Made by a program: the position numbers and the translations under genes
Shown here: positions 26,992-36,171 of the stretch, in pieces
Layout of the letters: each line of letters begins with the position of its first letter
Numbering within the stretch: the stretch's first letter is position 1
The notes under the pieces: model-generated
Seen by the model: only the letters and a program-made list of their open reading frames with translations
Databases searched by the model: none
Told to the model about the DNA's origin: nothing
Source of the DNA: Schmidtea polychroa
Taxonomy: Eukaryota
Length of the DNA stretch: 64,000 nt
Direction: 5' to 3'
NCBI GenBank assembly: GCA_044892525.1
Contig: CM097885.1
Coordinates: 38,256,001 to 38,320,000, forward strand

Positions 26992-29017
26992 TTAATAATA
27001 ATTTAAAAAAAATTATTTTGTTATTCAACTTAGTTGAACATGGTGGAATTTGTTGAAAAAAATTTATTTTTTATATTTATTCAGGTGCTTTTGACAATTC
27101 TGTTTCTTAAATGTCAACCAAAACAATATTTTATTATTTTATATTTTCCAATAATCTCTAAGAAAATCATTCTGAATTATAATTTGACATTTTTGTTTTG
27201 TTATTCACTGCCTCCTTCATGAAATATTAGCATGCCATTAAAACAAAATATATCACGTTTTTGGAATTTGTTGAAAAAAATTTATTTAACTAATTCAATT
27301 GTAGTTGCGGTTTTTCTCTTTTTGATCCAATCAACTAATTCAATTGCAGTTGAGGGTAATTCAATTTGTTTTTCAATTTCAGATCTAAAACCGAAATTAT
27401 TTAAGAAATTGGTTTGTACTTTTGACGGGAGATAGGAAAATTCCAAAAGGAAAATGATAATTAAATCCACCAATCATCCGATTGAATTTGTTACACATCT
27501 ACAATTTGGACTAATTCAAGGGTAATTTAATTTGTTTTGTTGTTTTGACTTCTTTCATACTAGGAGGTGTGTCACTTTCCCTCTTCTCTCGTGTATGTGT
27601 GTGATAGGCGATTAAGTCATTTCATTTTAACACGACAGCCATCAAATTGGAACTAGTCATTGACTTTTATTGCAGAACTTCAAGCGATTTTAGAGACGGC
27701 TAATTTCAGTTTAGAAAGACACTGGACTCGACACATATCGCCAACAGATAAGACCACGAACCGTTCGCTTGCTCACTTAGGCTCGTTATAAAACTATATA
27801 ATGAGCTTTGATATTGTTGCAGATAAAATGCCAAACTATTTTCTGAGAGTTCTTGGAAAATGAACAAAGTGTAAAGAAATCGGTATGCCATTTATTTTAT
27901 TTTTTTATTAAAATGTAATAACAGAAAATTATATTTTTACAGAAAAGAAAATACAATCACTTATCGAGTTTATAAACTTGAATAATTAGACTAATTTTAA
28001 TTTTAAATTACTACGTTGTAAATTTCTTAATGGTTGATTCTATTCGAAATAATAAAAAGGATTGTTTGACAAATTTAGAGAATTATGCTGATATAGTAAA
28101 TTTGTATATTTTCTTTTCAATTTTCAGTTGTATGCTAGGTAATTAGAAAGACACGTCGATTCTTACCTCATATTGCTCGAGTTTGTTTAGTGTCGACCTT
28201 TATTGAAGATGGATATCAATTAATTACCCCGTGGAGTGATCAAATAGATTTTATTTCCAGTTTATGGGAAAATGAATTCTTTGATTATTGAATTTTTTCT
28301 ACTAATAAATATTATTTATCAATTAATGGGAAGTGCATTAATTATTTGTAAATATCGAGTTAATTCAGGCTGCGCGATCTTAATGTTTGATGTGATATTT
28401 CAGGTAAGATATTCCATAATTATCTATAACAATTTAAATAAAATGAAATGGAAAATGTGATTTTATATTGAATAAATTTATTTTATCACTTGCTTTCAAA
28501 CAACATTTCCAAGTATTTGTTCAAGGTCTCTTACTGTTATTATGTTATAATTTTTTTTTTGGTAAAAATGTTTGTGTTATCTTTTCGTCTACAAGTGGCT
28601 GAGTCAGTGAATTCAATATTTTCTTTGGCAATATATATATTATTTTTATGAATTAATATTTTAAATTTGTTTAAATGAATTATAAATATCGAAAATTTCT
28701 ATTATGATTTGAAAAAAATTATCAATTCCTTTTTGTCTAATAAATTATAAATTGTTATGATTTGTCGCAACCTGTTTATGTGGCTCTTTACAACCACTCA
28801 TTTCCAATTGTTGTCCAGGGTAGCCAAACCCCGACAATTGGAAATGTGTTTGTTGTTATACACAATAATAAGTTTATTTATTTATTTAATCATTTATTTA
28901 CTCTCAATTATTTACTTATTTATTCTTATTTTGGGGTCTAACTGATGCGCTGCCAATAAATACATGAGACAAAATCGAGTTCACAATTATTTATTTTATA
29001 AATACAATATATAAAAA

Positions 29018-30487
29018 TTAATCCATCTTTATTTCTAATCGTTTCGTTTCATGCCGATATCGTATTATTGTTTCTTCGCGTTCATATACTACACCATTGA
29101 CAGTGACAGTGTCTCCGACATCAATGTTCGAAGTTGTTTTTCTCTTTTTGGATTTTCTACATTCTGGCACTGGACCATATTCAAGTGTTGGATGTATCCT
29201 TATCATCGGAATGCTTACCATTAATGCGACACCTTCTTCCGCAATTTCTAAGAATGATTCATTGGCCCACTTCAATTGAATCAATGGATTTTCACTATCC
29301 ATCGTCACATTCTCCTCGAATGTTAAATCAATTTCTTCAGATTCCATTACATCTTCAATTGGAATTTGCGTTAGTTTTTCTGGTATTGCAGTTGATGTTG
29401 ATTCAATTTCCCGAAGCTTCTTATATTCATCCCACGAATATCGCTTTGACGGTTGATTTTTGGGCATCGGTATGTCATCAATCCATTGACTTTCCACTTT
29501 CTGGTATACCTTGCGTATACTTTTCACGTCCTCGAGAGCCGAATGAATACTCATCTGAGTCTGTTCTCCACATATTTCTTTCACCACTGTTTGTAGTTTG
29601 AACCATTCTCCCCTTATGGTTACTCCCATGTTCTGAAGTATTGGTGCTGCTGCTAGATCTCGAATGCCGTACAATTGTTCAATCCATATCCCCAAGTATT
29701 GTAATTCTGCATGCAAATCATGGCCGATCAATATCTTGCCTACTGTCAAGCGTTGTATCTCTTTCATTGCCACATATTGATCACATTGGTTCCTGCTGGC
29801 CACTTCTGTAATTCCATGGATCCTTGAATTAAAATGTCGGATTTTTCCTCTTGGAGTGAGGTATACATCTTTTACTACTTTCCCATAATAATTCATAATT
29901 GCTATTGCTAAAGGGACCATTTTCCCTTGCTCTGATGTGCCATATTCAGCATCAATGAATAATATTCTACTGCGGATTTCTTCTAGATCCATTTCTTTTC
30001 TGAGAAACGACATTTTCTTTTTCAACATTTCCTTTGAAATTTTCAATAACATTGGGTCTTCTCCTTCAATTAGATGCATCTATGGTACCTCATCCGCTTC
30101 ATTCTCAGTTCTGATTTCCACCACCAACGTTGTCTCCTCATTCGCTGCTCGTAGTGTTCTCCACATGAAGTCCTTCTGCAGCTTCCACGATGTGAATTTT
30201 CGAAGTTGCCACCATATTGTATTATCGTTCTTCAGCACTTCCACTGTACCTCTAATCACGTGTATGTGATATTCTTCCTTCCGAGACAACTCAATTTCAT
30301 CTGTCAATTTCAATTCTGAATTTCTCCTTATTGTAAACATTCGTATCTTCATTCTTCTGTCATCTATCCGCAAATAATTTGGAATTTATAAATTTTCATT
30401 GATTTCGTATAATTGTTGGCTGGCATGATTTTTCTGCATCTTGAAGTAACTGTCGTAGGTGGATCTTGTCCATTGTACTTGTTCCAT
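29018..30487 (-). pseudogene. DEDDh 3'-5' exonuclease (REX4/ISG20-like), ~490 codons with two in-frame stops (TAA 30386-30388, TAG 30080-30082); the 353-aa ORF 29018-30079 keeps the whole nuclease domain
   Basis: ExoI ILFIDAEYG, HFNSRIHGIT, ExoII ILIGHDLHAEL, IRDLA, ExoIII HSALEDV; AATAAA follows the stop. Confidence 0.88.
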
Positions 30488-30920
30488 TTTTGCTAAAATA
30501 GTTATAATTTAACGTTTGAATTTAATTTACTTTTAAAACTAGGGCTGAGATGAAGTATCCGAAGGATACTGTCCCAGCTACTAGCTGTATAAATAATAAT
30601 AATAATAATAATTACCGTTTAGTTAATTGTTGATATATATTTTTTTTTTGAAAATTAATGGAGTTTAATGGATTTTACCCTCTTTTAATACCCTTATGAA
30701 AATTCCCTTAACCCCGTTTTTCTCTCCCCCTTAACACAGCGCTAACCAATCAAATTGATTCTTTCCGTTGACATTGAAAAGTGCAGATTCACAAGTAAAA
30801 TAAAATGAAATATTGATCATATCCATAATGAAATAAAATATTAATAATATCCATAAAATATTTATACTATATTACTACTACTACTTTATCAATTTTTGCA
30901 TGCAAAGTATTTATGTCTTA

Positions 30921-31184
30921 CTACACAAATGTTTCTTCATAAACGATCCAAGGTCTCGCAATCTCGGATCGATTCGTAGAAGGTTTGGGTATTGCTCGAA
31001 ATTCAATTAGCACAATGATAATGAGAATAATGAGAGAGATTGTTATAATGAGAGTAGTTATTGATAATATTACACACACAATTTCACTGTCAGTTTTTAA
31101 TGACGATATGGTTCCGTTATTAGTCATTGACTCATTGATGCTAGAAAAGATGATTACGTTGGCAGAGCTAGGGGTTTGGTTGGA
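30921..31184 (-). CDS. In-frame continuation of the polyprotein after a single TAG: N-glycosylated stalk, transmembrane helix and short tail
   Basis: ...AAT TAG TCC AAC CAA ACC... in the same frame as 31185-35192; IVCVILSITTLIITISLIILIIIVLI; NQT, NES and NGT sequons. Confidence 0.65.
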   Translation of the reverse strand, partial: SNQTPSSANVIIFSSINESMTNNGTISSLKTDSEIVCVILSITTLIITISLIILIIIVLIEFRAIPKPSTNRSEIARPWIVYEETFV

Positions 31185-34100
31185 CTAATTTGATTTGTTT
31201 CGATTTCCATACTGCGAGTTAATAGATGGAATTTGCACAATTTTATTTTCCACTAAAGTTAATTGCCATAGATTTGAAAATAGAGAACGTCTATAGTATT
31301 TTATTTTAATGAACACAAATTTTGACGTCGATATTGGTGAACGTTGACGAAAAGTTAATATTTGAGATTTATTTTTTTCATTTAATATCGATTGAATTTT
31401 TCCATAATAATATAAAATAGCTTTTTGATTGGGCTCCGCTTGTTGGGTAACATTCACTAATTGATTGAAAATATGAAAAGTAACCCGATTTGTTTCATTA
31501 ACTAATCGTATCATATGTTGACTAGAGTGTATTCTGATCCATTGGCTATCAATTTCAGTTCCGTTTTCATATAAAAATTTTTCATAATAATGAATCAGAA
31601 TATTATAGTTATGATGTAATTTTAAATTTGCATACTTTGTAAAGGGTTTTCTGCTATTCAATGTATCTATCGCATAATTTTGAAAAACTGCTTTTACTTG
31701 TTGGGATTCCTGGGGTTCCCAATATATGTCAATTCCATTTACCAGTGGTTCAATTGATACTCGATTATGTAATCTCTTTGTCCATACTGGGGTTGATTTA
31801 ATGGTATTATTTGGTCTATAATTCATATTGAAATTATCTGGTTTCTCTCTAAACTGTTCTCCTACTAGCTCTTTAAAGTTCATAGTTTTTAAGTGCGCTA
31901 AATTACACTTATTTGTTTCTACATTATAAACAAGAATCGATTCCCCTGTTTGACAATGTGTTTGTTTCATATTACAGAATGGATGAGTTTGTAATTTTCC
32001 CGTATCATCATCGAAAGCTCCTTCGAACTCTCTCAACTCCGTGAGATATTCTTCTAGCACCACTGTTTGCTGAATAATTTTACCGTTCATTTTATATGGT
32101 TCACCTTCACAGTCGCCATTTGCTTTCATAACTCCCTTTACAATTATTGTTTCTCGTATTCTATGGTTCAATTTTGCCTTTAAACGAATTTCTGGACTTA
32201 TTTTTAATTCTCCTGTTTGAAATGCTGCTAGACAGTTTTCTGGAAGCACCTCGACTGGCCTAGGTATCGCATGCATTTTTATGAGTGACGTATGGCTCCA
32301 TTTACCACAATAAAATACAAATGTTGTATGTTTGACAATACACTCTCTCACTTGAGTTCTTCGCAGATCAGACTCTTGATACACATAATATTTTACGTCA
32401 TTTTCTATTTTTAAACTGCTCGGATACGCACCTGGGCACTCCGACATATCTACTACCGAATAAACTTTTCCCATTTCAGTTTGGGAACAATCGTACGCAA
32501 CTAAAGATGATGTCTGTGTAATTATTGCACAAAACGTAATCACCATAAACATCGCCCATGGAAATACCATAGTTTTTCTTAGTTCTGGCTTAACTCTTTC
32601 ATTTACTCGTCTTTGGGGTGGACTCATTTCTTGCTTCTCATTTTTCTTTTCTGTTAGAGATGAACACAGTGTTTTCCAACCACCTTTTTCGTTTACCCAG
32701 CTCATTAAATATTCGTTTACTAGCCGGGCAGCGATGTCTATCAAATTTTCTAACTTGTCTGACCTTGCGAACGTATGCGTTCCAATTTCTAAAACAACAT
32801 AAGTTAAAGCTATTATTATAACTTCCTTATTAATTTCATTTTTTGCCAAATTTTCAATTACTGATCTCTCGCAAAATGTATTCTCTTCGCCAAATTTCTG
32901 CATCACTTCAGGAAGCCTATTCTTCATCTCTTTAACTATTTCTTTCAGTTCATCATCTACCTCTACTTCTATGTCGAACATTGGATATACTGCTTTAACG
33001 AGATGTTTCAACATTTTCTTAGTTTCGTCGACGTCTTGTTCTAGCTTCACTAAATATTTCTTTATTTCATATAAAGTTCTAACTTTCTTATTTTTGATTT
33101 CACCATTTATCTCGCCTTCAGGTACAAGTGGCTCTCCTTGTACGTCTGGTTCTGTGGACTGATCTTTGTTATCAGGATCTTTTTGCTCATTATCACTAAC
33201 GATTTCATTAATTTCTTTATTTCCCTTAACTTTTTCATCTTGTTCCTCTGTGTCAGGCTTGTTAGACTCAATATTTACTTCTAAACTCACTCCTTTTACT
33301 ACGACTATATGGTTCACTAAATATCCCACTCGTCCATCTCGGATCAAATATCCGTTTTCATCCAGCTCTTGTGGTACACACCCACAATCATATAGGTATT
33401 CATCATCGTCAAGTTCTTCACCTTTGTACATTACTATAATAATTCCATCTTTTCCCAGCGTTTCAGCCGCTCTCTTCCGCAATTTTCGGACCTTTGCACA
33501 CCAATGCTCGTCTACATATTCCGTTTTGCCATATCCCTCATAATCTAATGCTATCAAAAATGGCTTTAACTCTACTCTTGCCTTTCTGAGCTCCTTGCCC
33601 AATCTTTGCAATAAACTTCTTAATAACTTGGCATATCTGGTTTTCACATGTAAATATGGTCGTATTGTATTCACTATTTTTAGTTTATCGTTTTCCTCCA
33701 TTTCTAATTTCTCAATAATCTGTAACTTCTCATTGATTTCATCTTCATCTCCAATATATAACGCATCATTTAATTCCTCTAATATCTCCCTTGAATTCCT
33801 TTTGTCTATTATTTTACTGCTCATTATTTCATCACTAGTAATTACATTTTCCATTTTTAATTCATTTGTACTTCCTGGAATAAATCCACAATCTACCAAA
33901 AATTCGTCATTTTCTAACAATCTCTCATTAAATCTCAACTCTATCATGCATCCTTCCTTTTTTTCTTTTAATTTATTCTTTAAATCATTTACACAATCAT
34001 TTGCCTCACAACGACAACATAATACACATTTATCAATCTCGTTTACTACTTCCACCAAGATGGAATCTAACCCTGTTTTCTCTCTCAAAGCTTTTCCAAA

Positions 34101-35192
34101 TATTTTCATTAATTCTTTAATTTCTTCTTTATACTTTGGATTCATATTATAGTAGTTAACGCACAAGCTAATTACACTTTTTATCTTTCTCATACTCAAA
34201 GATATTTGACTTAATTCTCTCAACGATTTGATCACTTTAGCCGACTCTATTTCATTATTTCCAATTAGTTTTTCGATTCTGGTCATTATCATTGTTGCTT
34301 TTTCACTTTCTAAATCATCTTTTATAACTCTCCTTTTCGACTCTTTTTGATTCAATTCCTCTTGCGACTCATACATCATGTGATTATTGTAGTCCTCTTC
34401 TGATTCAAACTTTGACATCAATCGATCCAAACGTCGACCCATTTCTCTCACTTCGCTTTCAATTCTTTCATTAAAATTATCTGGCTGAATAAAAGCTACA
34501 TTATCCATCTGCGGTTTGTCACTCTGAAACCTAATCGATTTCTTTAATATGGGCCTTTGGAATTTATCCATATTTCTTGGACATGATCTAGCCATGTGTC
34601 CATAACTTCTGCATGAATGACATTGAATTTGTCCTTGTAGATTTACTTTATCTCTTTGCGGTGATGGTGATGTTGATGTTGATCTTGACCTGGCAAAACA
34701 ATTTCGTGACACATTCCCTTTTCTTCCGCAATTAAAGCATTGTAAGTTATCATTAGTTCTCGGCTCATTAATGTTCGCTTTAGTGAAACTTTTCGCACCA
34801 TTTCCTTTTAACCAATCAGGCCACATTTGCCTTGGACTCCGTTGTACATTATTTTTGAACCAGCATTGATTGCTGTCATGTCCCATTCTTTGGCAATTAT
34901 CACACTGAATCGGAATTGGGCTTCTCTGTACTCTATTTTTAAACCAGCATTGGTTAACATGGTGTCCAATCCTTTGGCAATGACTACATTGGATGGGACC
35001 TTCCTTTCCATCTATTTGAATATCTGTTGACTTGTTCGACTCAAATTTGGATCTAAATTTTGGTGATGGACTACTTGTTTGTTGAAAACGATTGTTTCTA
35101 ATTGGGGTTACTGATCTTTCGCTTGCGCCTGAGATGACTGCAAACGACTCTGATTTTGACTGTGTGCTTTTTAAATTTAGCTCAATTTTCAT
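31185..35192 (-). CDS. 1335-aa polyprotein: 4 CCHC-type zinc knuckles, 2x(helical + ubiquitin-like), Bcl-2-like domain, signal peptide + chuvirus-G-like glycoprotein fragment, second glycoprotein segment
   Basis: CSHCQRIGHHVNQC etc.; LRFNERLLENDEFLVDCG and MYKGEELDDDEYLYDCG; LMSWVNEKGGW; SLVAYDC...FYCGKWSH...GDCEG. Confidence 0.85.
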   Translation of the reverse strand: MKIELNLKSTQSKSESFAVISGASERSVTPIRNNRFQQTSSPSPKFRSKFESNKSTDIQIDGKEGPIQCSHCQRIGHHVNQCWFKNRVQRSPIPIQCDNCQRMGHDSNQCWFKNNVQRSPRQMWPDWLKGNGAKSFTKANINEPRTNDNLQCFNCGRKGNVSRNCFARSRSTSTSPSPQRDKVNLQGQIQCHSCRSYGHMARSCPRNMDKFQRPILKKSIRFQSDKPQMDNVAFIQPDNFNERIESEVREMGRRLDRLMSKFESEEDYNNHMMYESQEELNQKESKRRVIKDDLESEKATMIMTRIEKLIGNNEIESAKVIKSLRELSQISLSMRKIKSVISLCVNYYNMNPKYKEEIKELMKIFGKALREKTGLDSILVEVVNEIDKCVLCCRCEANDCVNDLKNKLKEKKEGCMIELRFNERLLENDEFLVDCGFIPGSTNELKMENVITSDEIMSSKIIDKRNSREILEELNDALYIGDEDEINEKLQIIEKLEMEENDKLKIVNTIRPYLHVKTRYAKLLRSLLQRLGKELRKARVELKPFLIALDYEGYGKTEYVDEHWCAKVRKLRKRAAETLGKDGIIIVMYKGEELDDDEYLYDCGCVPQELDENGYLIRDGRVGYLVNHIVVVKGVSLEVNIESNKPDTEEQDEKVKGNKEINEIVSDNEQKDPDNKDQSTEPDVQGEPLVPEGEINGEIKNKKVRTLYEIKKYLVKLEQDVDETKKMLKHLVKAVYPMFDIEVEVDDELKEIVKEMKNRLPEVMQKFGEENTFCERSVIENLAKNEINKEVIIIALTYVVLEIGTHTFARSDKLENLIDIAARLVNEYLMSWVNEKGGWKTLCSSLTEKKNEKQEMSPPQRRVNERVKPELRKTMVFPWAMFMVITFCAIITQTSSLVAYDCSQTEMGKVYSVVDMSECPGAYPSSLKIENDVKYYVYQESDLRRTQVRECIVKHTTFVFYCGKWSHTSLIKMHAIPRPVEVLPENCLAAFQTGELKISPEIRLKAKLNHRIRETIIVKGVMKANGDCEGEPYKMNGKIIQQTVVLEEYLTELREFEGAFDDDTGKLQTHPFCNMKQTHCQTGESILVYNVETNKCNLAHLKTMNFKELVGEQFREKPDNFNMNYRPNNTIKSTPVWTKRLHNRVSIEPLVNGIDIYWEPQESQQVKAVFQNYAIDTLNSRKPFTKYANLKLHHNYNILIHYYEKFLYENGTEIDSQWIRIHSSQHMIRLVNETNRVTFHIFNQLVNVTQQAEPNQKAILYYYGKIQSILNEKNKSQILTFRQRSPISTSKFVFIKIKYYRRSLFSNLWQLTLVENKIVQIPSINSQYGNRNKSN

Positions 35193-35856
35193 TGCCTTTT
35201 TTGATCAATTCATCAAAGTCATTAAAATCAACATAGCATAAAGCCTTTTTAATTTCTTTCTTTACTCCTGACAAGAATTGATCCTGCAATAATTCTTTTA
35301 CCTGCTTTGCCATCTCGGCCTGTTCTGGTTTCACTTCGAACGCTTTCTCTGCAAGAGTTGATAAATGATAAGCAAACTCACTTACCGATTCCTCTGGCTT
35401 TTGTACGCGGTTATAGAATTTCTGTCGCATTATCCGTTTGATATCCCCTCCGATTAATTTCGTGGCTAACGCGTCTTTCAACTTGGTCCAGTCATTTGCT
35501 ACTATTCTTTTATCAATTTGTTGCCACGCTTCTCTGGCTGCTCCTTTTAGGTATAGCGGTAATCTTTGCACCATTATCGATTGGCTCCATCCATAGGCCG
35601 TCGCATACATATAGTAATCTGCCATAAAATCGACAAATTCCAGCGGATCTCCACCGTACTGATCCACAGGTAGTTTTTGACAACTCGCATAATCATTGCC
35701 TTCCTTGCCGTTGCCCACCGTGGACACAGGTGTTTCATCATTGTTATTTGTATTATTGGTTAGTCTTTGGGTACTCATTAAATTCTCTATTAGTGTTTGG
35801 CTTCTCAATTTATAAAATGATCGGGTCAACACAGGCTTTACTCGTCTAAAATTCAA
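35182..35856 (-). CDS. Gag capsid-like protein (retrotransposon gag); joins the downstream ORF if one A is removed from ATC AAA AAA GGC
   Basis: YGGDPLEFVDF, LPLYLKGAAREAW, FYNRVQKPEESVSEFAYHL, LLQDQFLSGV; first ATG is MSTQR. Confidence 0.9.
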   Translation of the reverse strand: MNFRRVKPVLTRSFYKLRSQTLIENLMSTQRLTNNTNNNDETPVSTVGNGKEGNDYASCQKLPVDQYGGDPLEFVDFMADYYMYATAYGWSQSIMVQRLPLYLKGAAREAWQQIDKRIVANDWTKLKDALATKLIGGDIKRIMRQKFYNRVQKPEESVSEFAYHLSTLAEKAFEVKPEQAEMAKQVKELLQDQFLSGVKKEIKKALCYVDFNDFDELIKKGNEN

Positions 35857-36149
35857 AGTGTTACAATTACAAAATTTACCTTTCGTTTTAATTTTGACTT
35901 TTCAACAATCAATCGTTACAAATTTTTCCACTTTGCTTCAATTATAAAATCACCACTTTAATAATTCTCAAATAAATGTTCACCACTTTCAAATAAACGT
36001 TTCACTTCAATATTTATTTATTTAATTATTATTATCTTTTTCCAAATTTTTCGATACTTTACTAATCTCAACAAATTTTCACCGATCTTTTTATTCTTCG
36101 GTATCACTCAAATATTATCACAATTTCAACAAATTTTCACCGACTTTTG

Positions 36150-36167
36150 ATCACGTCGGGCTCACCA
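36150..36167 (-). promoter_or_regulatory. Primer-binding site complementary to the tRNA-Trp 3' end
   Basis: Minus-strand TGGTGAGCCCGACGTGAT, 4 nt inside the 5' LTR; 17/18 match to the canonical tRNA-Trp PBS TGGTGACCCCGACGTGAT. Confidence 0.88.
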
Positions 36168-36171
36168 AATA

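Noticed and set aside
32618..35030. Several + strand ORFs opposite the polyprotein (also 29097-30269 opposite the exonuclease)
   Set aside because: Antisense shadows with no recognisable motifs
36150..36167. tRNA-Trp-like sequence as a tRNA gene
   Set aside because: Only the 3' 18 nt including CCA are present, next to an LTR, so it is a PBS
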